NCBI GenBank assembly: GCA_026397315.1
Contig: JAPLVC010000005.1
Span: forward strand, 2,088 to 66,087
Length of the DNA stretch: 64,000 bases
Direction of reading: 5' to 3'
From: Candidatus Aenigmatarchaeota archaeon
GTDB lineage: Archaea; Aenigmatarchaeota; Aenigmatarchaeia; QMZP01; QMZT01
A program made the translations under genes and the position numbers. Under the pieces are notes generated by a model. The model was not told the DNA's origin, did not search any database, and saw only the letters and a program-made list of their open reading frames with translations. How positions within the stretch are numbered: position 1 is the first letter of the stretch; each line of letters starts with the position of its first letter. This document shows positions 25,650 through 35,190 of this stretch, one piece after another.

Positions 25650-26168
25650 CTACCCGCTCTCGTCCCTCAGCTGTCTCAAGAACTCGTGAACGTTCCTGTT
25701 GAAAATAGTGACCATGTTTCTGCAGTCTTCCGCATACTCTTCTCTCTTGCGGAAATAGAACGACCTGTGCCAGAAGACGCGGAGCATCTCATAAAACAGG
25801 GAACGCTGCCATATCGTGTCCTGCGGGTATTCGGTCCTCATGACTGGCTTTACCCTGATCTCGGCGTTGCCGGTTTTCTCGTCTCCGTACCCGGAAATGT
25901 CAACCCTTATGAAAACATAGGTGTATGGGTCAATGTCCTTGTGAACATACCATCTTACCTTGAACTTCTCCTTTTCTCCCTTACCCCAGCTGTATTTTTC
26001 TTCCTGTATGTCGGAATCGGCGGCTCTGAAGACCGCCTTCATGAGGTCGTAAACCTTGTAATAAAGCTTCATGGGATTCGGGCCCACGTAATTTATAGTG
26101 ACCCTTTCCGGTCTTTCCCTGTAGCAATCTTCCTGTATCAGCAGCTTCGTTCGCGCAAACTGGGGCAT
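25650..26168 (-). CDS. uncharacterised Trp/Tyr-rich protein, paralog 2 of the pair
   Basis: 172 aa. It is the first gene of the two-gene minus-strand operon, and I recognise no family. See the paralog alignment in the feature above. Confidence 0.65.
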   Translation of the reverse strand: MPQFARTKLLIQEDCYRERPERVTINYVGPNPMKLYYKVYDLMKAVFRAADSDIQEEKYSWGKGEKEKFKVRWYVHKDIDPYTYVFIRVDISGYGDEKTGNAEIRVKPVMRTEYPQDTIWQRSLFYEMLRVFWHRSFYFRKREEYAEDCRNMVTIFNRNVHEFLRQLRDESG

Positions 26169-26243
26169 GACAACACCTTCTTAATTATTTATATTCAAAA
26201 ACGAAATTATAAATTGCTATGGTATGTGCTTGAGGATGTTTTT

Positions 26244-26444
26244 ATGCTCTGGTGGCTTGTTTCAAAAATAATCGCCCTCGTAATGATAGCTGCGGGCGGT
26301 TTCCTGGTGTTCTTTTTTCCAAGCATATCTGCACAGCAGGAGGCAGGCGCTTCCGCTTACCCCCAGACGAATTTCGGCGTGGCTGGCATAGTGATAGGCC
26401 TTGTCCTCATAATAGCAGGCGGTTTCCTGTTATTCAGTCCGTGA
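26244..26444 (+). CDS. small two-TM membrane protein with an internal repeat
   Basis: 66 aa from the ATG at 26244. Two hydrophobic helices each end in a repeated motif (IAAGGFLVFFFP / IIAGGFLLFSP). An A/T-rich promoter-like tract lies upstream (TTAATTATTTATATTC). Confidence 0.45.
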   Translation: MLWWLVSKIIALVMIAAGGFLVFFFPSISAQQEAGASAYPQTNFGVAGIVIGLVLIIAGGFLLFSP

Positions 26445-26488
26445 CACGCTAGTAATACTTTTATCTCTTTCTTCCACAATTAATTATT

Positions 26489-28222
26489 ATGGCTGACACA
26501 GAACTTGAGAAGCCACTCGACCGCATGGCCAAAGAAGAAAAGGCAAGACAAAAAAAGGAGGCGGAAGAGCACAAGAGGGAAGCAAAGGTTAAATGGTGGA
26601 AAAACCAGCTCGAAGAATATGACACAGTCCTGGAATATCTTTTCGCCAAGGCTAGGGAAACCGGCGGCATCTATGGCGATATTGTGATAAGCCCCGCTCT
26701 CATAGACCAGATAGTGACGCTTAATCCGGTCGCGCTTGAAGGCCAGGCGGAAATAATTTTCAATGTTTTCATGTACAGGCTGGCCAAATGGCATTATCTT
26801 TTTGAAAAGGCGGACGAACTGATAAGGGTCACGCCGGTAGCGCCGCCCGCTTTCGCCCCGATGCTGGCGCAGAAAGAGAAGTTGGAAGGCCATATAAAAG
26901 CGGGCCTCGCATCCGCAGCGCAGGCTGTCGCGGACTACGAGCTGTTGAAGCACGACGAAAGGAAATACAGGGAGATTCTAGATTATTTCAAGATGGGGGA
27001 AAAGGACCAGCACGTGCTGCGCGCGCTCTATATTGACAGAGTCGACGCCTACATGGGCGAGGGATATTCGATGGTCACGATGACAAAGCGCTGGCCCACC
27101 ATAATAGGCGACTTCCTGAAAATGCAGGATGAATGGACCGACACGAAGCTCATAAGGGAAAAGCTGAGAGTGACGAACGTCGAGGCGAACGTGCTCAAAA
27201 CAAAGAACGAGCTTTTCAAGGAGTGGAAGAAGCTGTTCTTCCCCGACGTGCGCGAGCGCTACGGCAGGATAAAGAACCTGCTCGATTCGAGGAAGCGCTC
27301 CGTCGACGAATACAGGGAATGGCTCAAGCCGTATTTCAACAAGCTCAAGCTGATACGAGAAGAGTCGGAGTTGAAGGATGCGGCAACAGATTTCACGGAT
27401 CCGCTCAAATTCGGCTTCACGCCGAACGGCGAAGTTAATGCGAAGCTCTGGTTCTGGAAGCCCATCAGGCCGGAAGAGACGGGCAAGCCGCTAATAATAC
27501 AGGGATGGGGCGAGATACCGATATTCGACGACTGGGTGAAGGACATGCTTCCTGCCCTAGAGGCGAAATATGAAGTCAAGTGGACCGAAAAGGAGGTGAA
27601 AAAATTTGTTGCCGAAAAACAGCGTGGCACTCCCAGTTCAAGGACGAGCAAGCGAAAGGAATTGCTGACCATATACCCGGCACAGGACATAGACGAGAGA
27701 TTCCTGTATTATTTTTTCGTGGACTTGGACTACCAGTGTCAGTACAAGAAAGGCTCTACAGGACCAATGGTTATAGAGGACCAGTACTGGCACTTCCATC
27801 CGTTCCTGCTCTCTAAAAACGTCATCCTATTCATGCTGCTAGAGCTTGCAAGCAAAAATAAAAAGCTCAAACTGGAGATAGAGAAAATCATCGGCGTGAA
27901 AAGCATCGAGGACGAATACATAAAGAAAGCGGAGGAGGATTACAGACTGAAAAGCGAACACGTCGAAAAGGATGAAAAGAAGACTCTCGCAAATTGGAAA
28001 GATAACTGGGAAGGCAGCAAAATATCATGGAAAGCCAGGAGGAGAAAGCTCAAAAAGACGCTACAGCCCCTGCTCAAATTTTTCTTCAAGCCGGGCCCGT
28101 ATGAGATAAACGTCGCAGAGAGAGTGTCGAAAACGTATGGCCTATATTTCGGTGCCCAGGTGGAAGAGATGAGGGAACTCATCAAGGAAACTGCTTATAG
28201 AATAAGTGGTCAGAGACCATAG
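26489..28222 (+). CDS. uncharacterised 577-aa mostly helical, Lys/Glu/Trp-rich cytoplasmic protein
   Basis: This long ORF has protein-like composition, with no P-loop, TM segment or signal peptide. Both termini are charged and coiled-coil-like (KEEKARQKKEAEEHKREAK, KKLKLEIEKIIGVKSIEDEYIKKAEEDYRLK). I recognise no family. Confidence 0.75.
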   Translation: MADTELEKPLDRMAKEEKARQKKEAEEHKREAKVKWWKNQLEEYDTVLEYLFAKARETGGIYGDIVISPALIDQIVTLNPVALEGQAEIIFNVFMYRLAKWHYLFEKADELIRVTPVAPPAFAPMLAQKEKLEGHIKAGLASAAQAVADYELLKHDERKYREILDYFKMGEKDQHVLRALYIDRVDAYMGEGYSMVTMTKRWPTIIGDFLKMQDEWTDTKLIREKLRVTNVEANVLKTKNELFKEWKKLFFPDVRERYGRIKNLLDSRKRSVDEYREWLKPYFNKLKLIREESELKDAATDFTDPLKFGFTPNGEVNAKLWFWKPIRPEETGKPLIIQGWGEIPIFDDWVKDMLPALEAKYEVKWTEKEVKKFVAEKQRGTPSSRTSKRKELLTIYPAQDIDERFLYYFFVDLDYQCQYKKGSTGPMVIEDQYWHFHPFLLSKNVILFMLLELASKNKKLKLEIEKIIGVKSIEDEYIKKAEEDYRLKSEHVEKDEKKTLANWKDNWEGSKISWKARRRKLKKTLQPLLKFFFKPGPYEINVAERVSKTYGLYFGAQVEEMRELIKETAYRISGQRP

Positions 28223-28229
28223 GGTATTT

Positions 28230-29996
28230 ATGATCAAGGTCGGAGTCACGACTGGTTTGTATTACATTGCCAGGGCGGAAGAGCTAGCGACGTCGCTGAA
28301 GAAAATAGGTTATGCCCTGTCGAAAGGTGCGAACTCCATCGAGATTTCCGGCGACACTCCGCACGAGATAGATTATACGATAGGTCAGGAGATACGCGAC
28401 CTTGCCTTCAAACAGGGCATCGACCTGTGTTTTCACGGCTCGCTAACCACGCCTTTCGAAATTCCCGAGCGAAGCGATTGGCGTGACGCACAGGAGCACG
28501 TAGAGAAGTCGATACGTTCCGCTGTTTTCTCAGGCTCAAAATACGTCCTGTTCCATGCCTGTCTGCACTTCTGGCTTGAGATGATAACGTTCACGTCATC
28601 GAAGCTCGAGATAGTCATGTGCGACCACGCGGGCCGCATCATATCTGATATATTGAAGGATGATGAACGCCTTAGGAACTGGTTTTCAATTAAAATGTGG
28701 GAATACGAAAGGCAATATCCTCACCTGATTCTTAGAGAAGAGGACCAATATGAAGCGAATCTGAGAGCGGCAGAAGAGCTGCGTCTCTGGGCCGACAAAG
28801 AAACAATAAGAAGAATCAGAGAGGAACGAGAAAAAAATCCGCCAAAAAACGAGCTTGAGGAAAGACTTCTGGAAGCGCGCATGCAAGCAGAAGTGAGCAA
28901 GGAAGGAAGTAAAAAACAGTCCATAAAACAGAAAGAATACCAGACGAAAATGGCAAAAGAAAGGATGGCAAGCGATGACCCCGAAAAAAGGAGATGGAAA
29001 GTCGAAACTTACGGCAAGATGACCGACTGTTATGAAATAATAGCGCATCACATGTTCTACAGAAAAGACCCGATATGGATGGCCATGGCCGACGTTTACA
29101 AGGACGTGCTAGCCACCTATAACCTGGATTATAACGACGACTGGGCATTGGACAAGGCATGGAGAACGGCGCAGGACAGTAACGACCGCCAGTTTAAGGA
29201 GTTCTGGTATGCCACGATGGGCGCGAAGTTCCTCGAAGGCCACATGAAATCAGCTCTGGAATATCTGAACGGGGGGTTGATTAAACATCTGAAACAGTTT
29301 CCTGATGCGGAAAAGCTGATAGACATAGCAAAAAAGCTGAAAATAACGATAGAGATGCCGGACGCCAGAGATCCGAGATACGCCGGACAATACATATTAT
29401 GGCACCCAAAGCAGATTTACGCCGCCATAAAAACCATAAGAAAAACGCTCAACACCGACAGGATTTTCATGACCATCGACTGGGAGCACATAGCCGGCCA
29501 GGGAGTCGACCCGCTGATAGAGATTGACAATCTTAAGCGATTGGCGCCGGACTTCGGCAAATACGTGCTTTCCGTCCATTCCAACGCTCCAAACCCGCTG
29601 CACGCCCATTACCCCATAGAACTTGGCGACACCGAGGTTTACAAACTAAACTATTTTTTGCGTAGCACCGGCTTCGGCAAGCAGCTTGGATACAACGTGT
29701 ATCTCTGGTTCGAGCGCGGCGGCGGCGACGACCCGTTCCGCCAGTCAGTCGATACGCTCAAACTATGCGCCAAATTTCTCGAGCAGGACGTACCTCCGGA
29801 CAAGCTGCCGGAAGAATATTTCGGCATAAAACTGACGGGCATGGACTTCTGGAGGCAGGAAAACATAATGAGAGACCACAGGTTCGAGCCGCTAAAGGAC
29901 CTGCTGGAAATGCCTGAAGAGGAATGGGGCATGCTCTCCTCGGTAGCGATGAGAAAGGGCAAGACAAAGGAATTCAAGAAGGAAGAACTGAAATAA
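28230..29996 (+). CDS. xylose-isomerase-like / Endo IV-like (AP endonuclease 2 family) TIM-barrel protein with a large charged insertion
   Basis: 588 aa from the ATG at 28230, 7 nt after the upstream stop. The blocks follow the metal-ligand order of this fold: CFHGS (His69), VLFHAC (His109), ITIEMPDA, TIDWEHIAGQG, LSVHSNAPN, HAHYPIELGD, LWFERGG. Roughly 230-250 residues of Lys/Glu/Arg-rich helical sequence lie between LFHAC and IEMPDA. Confidence 0.75.
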   Translation: MIKVGVTTGLYYIARAEELATSLKKIGYALSKGANSIEISGDTPHEIDYTIGQEIRDLAFKQGIDLCFHGSLTTPFEIPERSDWRDAQEHVEKSIRSAVFSGSKYVLFHACLHFWLEMITFTSSKLEIVMCDHAGRIISDILKDDERLRNWFSIKMWEYERQYPHLILREEDQYEANLRAAEELRLWADKETIRRIREEREKNPPKNELEERLLEARMQAEVSKEGSKKQSIKQKEYQTKMAKERMASDDPEKRRWKVETYGKMTDCYEIIAHHMFYRKDPIWMAMADVYKDVLATYNLDYNDDWALDKAWRTAQDSNDRQFKEFWYATMGAKFLEGHMKSALEYLNGGLIKHLKQFPDAEKLIDIAKKLKITIEMPDARDPRYAGQYILWHPKQIYAAIKTIRKTLNTDRIFMTIDWEHIAGQGVDPLIEIDNLKRLAPDFGKYVLSVHSNAPNPLHAHYPIELGDTEVYKLNYFLRSTGFGKQLGYNVYLWFERGGGDDPFRQSVDTLKLCAKFLEQDVPPDKLPEEYFGIKLTGMDFWRQENIMRDHRFEPLKDLLEMPEEEWGMLSSVAMRKGKTKEFKKEELK

Positions 29997-30060
29997 ACCA
30001 GCGACTGTTTGTATAAATTTATAGAAAAATTTAAATGAAAGGCAAAAATCAATGCCGATT

Positions 30061-30846
30061 CTATTCAGCCCACGTGGTGTTGAAGAATGGTTCCACGAAG
30101 CTCTTGATGGCATGCTGGGACTGGGCCCAGAATGCGACATCCTGTGTCTGGTGCACCTTTTTGTCGTCCGTGAGGGCAAATAACACATGTTTGTCGTCGA
30201 TTGTGTAAATCCTGTTAAGAGGTTTGTTAATGTTCTTCATCTCGGCTATTTCCGCGAATGCCTTAACGGGTGCAGTTTCGCCCATGGGTGCAAGAATTCT
30301 GAGCTTCACACCTTTCTTTGAAATGCGCTTGAGAGAATTGTAGTGGTGGGAATAAAGCTCGTTCAGCCCGCTTTCGGTGGTTATGATTCTTATTTCTTTT
30401 GTTGCCTTCTTGAACAGCGAACCAAGGTGCTGGTTTATGGAATGCCTGCCCTTAAGGGTGCCTGTCATCTCGAAAGGCTGTACCAGATTGAGGCCATTCT
30501 TGTATATCGCTTCAAGCTCATTTATCACGGGGGACGTCTTCATGGTTTCCATCCTTTCAACCATTTCTTCGTGTCTCTTCTGCATGTTGTCCATGGTCCT
30601 TTCGAGAGCGTCCTTCGGAGCGAGCGCCACGTATCTTATCGGCTTCGACGGCTGAACAATCACGAATCCTTTCTCGGCCAGCGATTCAAGAATGTCGTAA
30701 GACCTGGATCTCGGAACGTTCGCTATTTGGGAGAGTTCGCCAGCAGTTGCTACGCCTCTTGCTAACAAAGCCACGAAAATTTTCCTCTCGTAGAGGTTCA
30801 GACCGATACTCCTCAACGCATCCAGAGTTTTTGTCGTCGCTACCAT
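30061..30846 (-). CDS. TrmB-family transcriptional regulator
   Basis: 261 aa. It has an N-terminal TrmB wHTH (LGLNLYERKIFVALLARGVATAGELSQIANVPRSRSYDILESLAEKGFV), a coiled-coil linker and a C-terminal effector-like domain. Confidence 0.85.
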   Translation of the reverse strand: MVATTKTLDALRSIGLNLYERKIFVALLARGVATAGELSQIANVPRSRSYDILESLAEKGFVIVQPSKPIRYVALAPKDALERTMDNMQKRHEEMVERMETMKTSPVINELEAIYKNGLNLVQPFEMTGTLKGRHSINQHLGSLFKKATKEIRIITTESGLNELYSHHYNSLKRISKKGVKLRILAPMGETAPVKAFAEIAEMKNINKPLNRIYTIDDKHVLFALTDDKKVHQTQDVAFWAQSQHAIKSFVEPFFNTTWAE

Positions 30847-30984
30847 TTTCTCACCTTACCGATAGTAATATTGACTACGGTTATATAAACATTTTCTTAT
30901 ACTTTTATTTGCGGCGAAAGCTTTATATAGGTTTATTACTCCTTAGTGAATATATTTAAAGGATGCCTGTGCCCATAAATGCCG

Positions 30985-32709
30985 CTAGAATGCGGATTTT
31001 CTGCCCCTCTGCTGGCTGTAAAGCCTTTCTATGCGCCCTACATCGTCTGCCTCTTCGGGCGACTTGTCCGTTCGCACTCTTAACAGCCGTGGGAAGCGCA
31101 GGGCGAAACCCGAGGAATAAGTGGGCGACTTCTGTATCTCCTCATAGGCGATTTCTACAACGATTTTGGGCTTCACCTTGACTTCGTTGCCCTTCTTCGA
31201 TATTATATATAGTTTAAGCTGCTCTGTAAGCTCATCGAAAGTCACGTCTTCATCGACGGACTTTTTCTCCTTTATGCCAGTGCCCATCATGCCGCATTCG
31301 GCAAACCCCTCGTCACGCCTGCACGAGAGTATGAACGTTCCGAACCAGCTGGTGCGCTTTCCTGTTCCCCATTCCGCGCCCGTGATGACCAGGTCAAGCG
31401 TCTCCATTATCGGCTTTACCTTAAGCCAGTAGCCCACGCGCCTGCCCGGCTGGTAGCTCGCATCGAGATTCTTGACCATGACGCCTTCCTGCCTAGCTTT
31501 GAGTGCGCGTTCGTAGAATTTTTCAGCCTCTTTGATATTCTTTGTCACAAGCTTCTCAGCAAGCTGGAACTTACCGGGAATTACATTAATCACGGATTCG
31601 AGCAGCTTCTTTCGCTTTTCCAGCGTCTCCGAAAAAAGATCCCTGCCATCCAGATAAACAATGTCGAAAAGATTTACCTGTATAGGGATTGTGCGGGCCA
31701 TCTGTTCTATGTCATACTTTCTCTTTATCCGCTGGGATAGCTGCTGGAAAGGCAGTGGGCTGCCGCTCTTCGCGTCTGTGCCCAGCATCTCGCCTTCGAT
31801 TATGCACTCATGCGCTTTAATCCCCGAGGCGACTAGCTTGACCAGGTCCGGAAACTGCTTCGTCACGTCTTCGAGCCTTCTGGTATAAAACCAGAGCTTG
31901 CCGCCTTTTTTATGGATGCACACGCGAGCGCCGTCGTATTTGAATTCTAAAATCGGTCTTTCGAATGTATTCAGCGCCTCTTTAAGATCCTGCGCTTTTT
32001 CGGCCAGCAAGACCTGATATGGCTTGCCCACCTCGACCGTCACTTTCTCGAGCCCGCGGAGGCCGTGCTCTTTGGCGATTTTTGCTATCTCGGCATAATC
32101 AGGCCGCAAGAACCATGCCCATTCGATGGCGCTTATTGTTTTTTTCTTCTCTTCCTGGTCCTTGAATTCGAAAAATGCCGAGGCTATCGAATCGCGCAGC
32201 ACTCCTTCCGCGACTCCGACACGCATCTGCTCAAGCACCGTGCGCACTATGTATTTCGCTTCCTTTGGCTGCGCACTGGAAATAAGTTCTTTTATGAGTG
32301 ATATCTTGGAATCCTGAGAACCTTTCCCCTCGACGGACGCTAGTTTCTGCAGGTTTTCGAAAACTTTCGTCACGTCAAGCTCGCGGTTCACCAGATTTTT
32401 CTGTTTTTTGACCGACAGCATTTTTTCCACGGCGAGGCCGAGATCGCCTGTTTTTCTGAATTCATTCTCCACTTCACTTTGTGAAAACCCAGCGGATGAG
32501 GCAATCACCTTTATCATCAGCTTATCGGCGACGCCCATCTCCTTTTCGGAATATGGAGGGAACACTTTTCCCTGCATCAGCAGCACGACTTTGTCAAGTG
32601 TTTTGGCGTCCGCTTCCCTGAAGAAAGCCGCGATTTTCTCTATTTTGCTCAGGCGGGACGGCGTCTGCTCCAGATATTCGTAAAGCCCGACGAGTTCAGA
32701 ATATTTCAT
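30985..32709 (-). CDS. lig: ATP-dependent DNA ligase
   Basis: I take the ATG at 32709 (MKYSELVGLYEYLEQT, a typical ligase N-terminus). The adenylation motif is EFKYDGARV, and EGVMVK and LDLVITGAEWGTGKR blocks are present. Confidence 0.95.
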   Translation of the reverse strand: MKYSELVGLYEYLEQTPSRLSKIEKIAAFFREADAKTLDKVVLLMQGKVFPPYSEKEMGVADKLMIKVIASSAGFSQSEVENEFRKTGDLGLAVEKMLSVKKQKNLVNRELDVTKVFENLQKLASVEGKGSQDSKISLIKELISSAQPKEAKYIVRTVLEQMRVGVAEGVLRDSIASAFFEFKDQEEKKKTISAIEWAWFLRPDYAEIAKIAKEHGLRGLEKVTVEVGKPYQVLLAEKAQDLKEALNTFERPILEFKYDGARVCIHKKGGKLWFYTRRLEDVTKQFPDLVKLVASGIKAHECIIEGEMLGTDAKSGSPLPFQQLSQRIKRKYDIEQMARTIPIQVNLFDIVYLDGRDLFSETLEKRKKLLESVINVIPGKFQLAEKLVTKNIKEAEKFYERALKARQEGVMVKNLDASYQPGRRVGYWLKVKPIMETLDLVITGAEWGTGKRTSWFGTFILSCRRDEGFAECGMMGTGIKEKKSVDEDVTFDELTEQLKLYIISKKGNEVKVKPKIVVEIAYEEIQKSPTYSSGFALRFPRLLRVRTDKSPEEADDVGRIERLYSQQRGRKSAF

Positions 32710-32788
32710 AATAGAATATTGTAAGGACTTTATAAAAATCGGTTGGAACAATAAACCGTTAAAAATCTAAACGGCAATTGACTCGATA

Positions 32789-33112
32789 ATGAAAATTATA
32801 AAATTAGATTTGAGAGAAGAATATTTGGCACCGACAATGAAAGAAATGAAAGAGAGAATGCAATTTGGTAATCTTAAGCAGGTTCCGCTCGATAAAATCA
32901 GAAATGAGACCGAGAGGATAAACTCGCGACATCAAATACGGGTGAAAAGGCACGGCATACAACTAATAATAGAATATGATGGTTTCACGTCACCCGATCT
33001 ACCGGTGTGGTTAGACTCTGTCTGCGTCCTGCCTAATGACTACAGGCATGCTGAAACGCCAAATGGCAAAGTTTATGCAAAATTGAAGCCGGGTTTCTAT
33101 CTTTTTCAATAG
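32789..33112 (+). CDS. hypothetical protein
   Basis: 107-aa ORF with ordinary composition and no recognisable motif, directly upstream of the pilin-like gene. Confidence 0.4.
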   Translation: MKIIKLDLREEYLAPTMKEMKERMQFGNLKQVPLDKIRNETERINSRHQIRVKRHGIQLIIEYDGFTSPDLPVWLDSVCVLPNDYRHAETPNGKVYAKLKPGFYLFQ

Positions 33113-33140
33113 TTTTAATTAATTCAATTCATATAAAATT

Positions 33141-34334
33141 ATGAGAGGCCAGTTTTATTCTGCAATCGCGATACTCATAGCCATACCCATCATCGTGTTC
33201 ATTTCCCTTTATGTAGCCACCCAGGGCGGCGAAGACGGCATCTACCAAGCGATAGTCGCGGACCAGATACACCAGGTGGAAAAAGGCATAGAGGACGATT
33301 TCGGCAAGGCCGTCGTGACTTCGGGAAAACGCGCCATGATAGCCGGCGACGATTACGTGGTCATGAGCGGCAAGGCTTTGACCGATGCCGTGGGGGGTAT
33401 GAAAGAACTGATGCAGTACGGCACGATAGAAGGCAACGAAATCATACTCATGTACAATAATACCATTTCCAACTGGACCAGTAAAATACTGGCCATACCA
33501 TCAAATTTCGACATCAACATAACTTACTGGGGACTCGACGTCGCCAGCTCGGGGGCATTCCACATCAAAGCTTCTGCGAAAATAAACGTTTCTGTTGCAG
33601 ACGAGATCGGCATCGCGCGCATAGACAAAATCGGCGAGTATTATGAAGCGCTTGTTCCGATTGAGGGGACCGAAGATCCTGTGTTCACCCTGAAAACAGG
33701 CGGCCTAATCACTAGAACAATCAAGCTTTCACCTTATTCTTACAGAGCAAAAAAACTGGTGATTGGCGGTCTTAACTCGAGCGGCAACTGTACGGGCAAC
33801 TTCACGATGAACAAAAGTGACTGTTCGTCGAAAATACTGGTTGCGGAAAACACGAGCGGTGTCGCATTATCATGCTTCTCCGGCTTCATAATAGAAGAAT
33901 CTATAAATCTCAGCTCTGATTCGGACTGCTATATCACGGGCAACATCAATGCGGTTGAAATTATAACACAGGCCCTTGCGGAAACGAATTACAATAAAAT
34001 GTACATAGACGGTCCGACAAAGGCGGCATGGCATCTGCCCATACGCGATGAGATAGACGAGAAGTATTATTTCAGCGGCAGTGGCCCATTGTTTTTGAAG
34101 AGATTGGAAGGCAATCTCAACCAGACGACCGAGGGTTTGGAAACTTTCGTGAACCTGCCGGAACTGGAAAGCAACCAGATTCCGCTAAAGCAGAACGTCA
34201 TCTCCGTGGATTATATATATTTTGGGGAACAAGACTATATTGGGTATCCGGTCAGGGGTTTGCAGGGCTGGTTCAGACTTAACAGGACTTTTACGGACAA
34301 ATATAATCTCACCGAATTGTGCAATGGTTGTTGA
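33141..34334 (+). CDS. large pilin-like protein with a class III signal peptide
   Basis: 397 aa. The N-terminus MRGQ/FYSAIAILIAIPIIVFISLYV fits an archaeal prepilin signal. The protein has many N-X-S/T sequons and several Cys pairs (NSSGNCTGNFTMNKSDC, SDSDC, ELCNGC). Confidence 0.65.
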   Translation: MRGQFYSAIAILIAIPIIVFISLYVATQGGEDGIYQAIVADQIHQVEKGIEDDFGKAVVTSGKRAMIAGDDYVVMSGKALTDAVGGMKELMQYGTIEGNEIILMYNNTISNWTSKILAIPSNFDINITYWGLDVASSGAFHIKASAKINVSVADEIGIARIDKIGEYYEALVPIEGTEDPVFTLKTGGLITRTIKLSPYSYRAKKLVIGGLNSSGNCTGNFTMNKSDCSSKILVAENTSGVALSCFSGFIIEESINLSSDSDCYITGNINAVEIITQALAETNYNKMYIDGPTKAAWHLPIRDEIDEKYYFSGSGPLFLKRLEGNLNQTTEGLETFVNLPELESNQIPLKQNVISVDYIYFGEQDYIGYPVRGLQGWFRLNRTFTDKYNLTELCNGC

Positions 34335-34335
34335 T

Positions 34336-35190
34336 ATGAAAAAAGAGAAAGCTGAAGTAACCTCCACGGAAACGAAAGATAAAGATGCAGGTGAAAAAAC
34401 GAAGGGTTCTGGGAAGAACGATATTCTGGAAAAAAAGTGGGAGGTTCTTGTGAAAGAGTCCACAAAGGATTCTAAACAAACCAAAGACGCGGGCACGAAA
34501 GGTGAAGACCGAAAAGGGGATTTGAAGAAAGAGGGGCAAAAACAGGAAAAACCAGCCAAAAGGTTGCCTGTAAAAAAAGAGACGTCTCCTAAAAAAACAA
34601 AGCCAGCAGAAAATGATGAATTGGACGAAGATGAAAAACAAGACACTGTCAAAAAGAAAAAGGGTGAAATAAAGGATCATCTGGAAACCGATGTAGATAA
34701 ACTCTATGAACTCACAAGGGACAAGGGAATAATAAAAATAAATGAAGCTGCAAAACTACTGAAAATAGATATAGATCAGATTGAAGAATGGGGCAGGATA
34801 CTGGAAGAACACAAGCTCGTCAGATTGCGCTATCCACCTGTCGGGGAACCGGTTCTGATACTGAAAAAATTCATGACTGACACCGAAAAAATAAAGGAGA
34901 TAAAAGAGAAAATAAAACTGAAACCGAGGAAGAGGGTGTTCATGATAAACATTATCATACTCGCTTGCTTCATCGTTGCTGTGTCATTCTATACCATAAG
35001 ATTCGGAGCCATACGCATCACTTACACCCAAGCTTATTTAGCGGCGGCCGTAATTATTATAATAGCCGGGGTTTTGATTTTCAAGTTCAAAATAAAGAAA
35101 AGGATAAAAAAAGATGATAAAAAAAATACCGAGGTTTCCTCAGAAGGGGAGCAAGGAGACCGGGGAAAGCCAGCCAGAAAACCGTCCTGA
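34336..35190 (+). CDS. membrane protein with a Lys-rich disordered N-terminus, a winged-helix-like segment and two C-terminal TM helices
   Basis: I take the ATG at 34336, 1 nt after the upstream stop. About 130 aa are K/E/T-rich, followed by DKLYELTRDKGIIKINEAAKLLKIDIDQIEEWGRILEEHKLVRLRYP (wHTH-like) and two TM helices. Confidence 0.6.
   Translation: MKKEKAEVTSTETKDKDAGEKTKGSGKNDILEKKWEVLVKESTKDSKQTKDAGTKGEDRKGDLKKEGQKQEKPAKRLPVKKETSPKKTKPAENDELDEDEKQDTVKKKKGEIKDHLETDVDKLYELTRDKGIIKINEAAKLLKIDIDQIEEWGRILEEHKLVRLRYPPVGEPVLILKKFMTDTEKIKEIKEKIKLKPRKRVFMINIIILACFIVAVSFYTIRFGAIRITYTQAYLAAAVIIIIAGVLIFKFKIKKRIKKDDKKNTEVSSEGEQGDRGKPARKPS

Noticed and set aside
24443-26243. Long plus-strand ORFs (24443-24994, 25129-25689, and the first part of 25686-26444).
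   Set aside because: They are antisense shadows of ribK and of the two Trp-rich paralog genes. Only the terminal 66 codons (26244-26444), which lie in intergenic DNA and encode two clean TM helices, were kept as a possible gene.
35100-35190. A possible frameshift at the A7/A8 runs fusing the wHTH membrane protein to the ATPase, or marking a pseudogene.
   Set aside because: Both ORFs look full-length. The ATPase at 519 aa is normal size for ArlI/PilB, and the upstream protein ends after its second TM helix. I treat it as a genuine overlap, flagged only as a point to verify.
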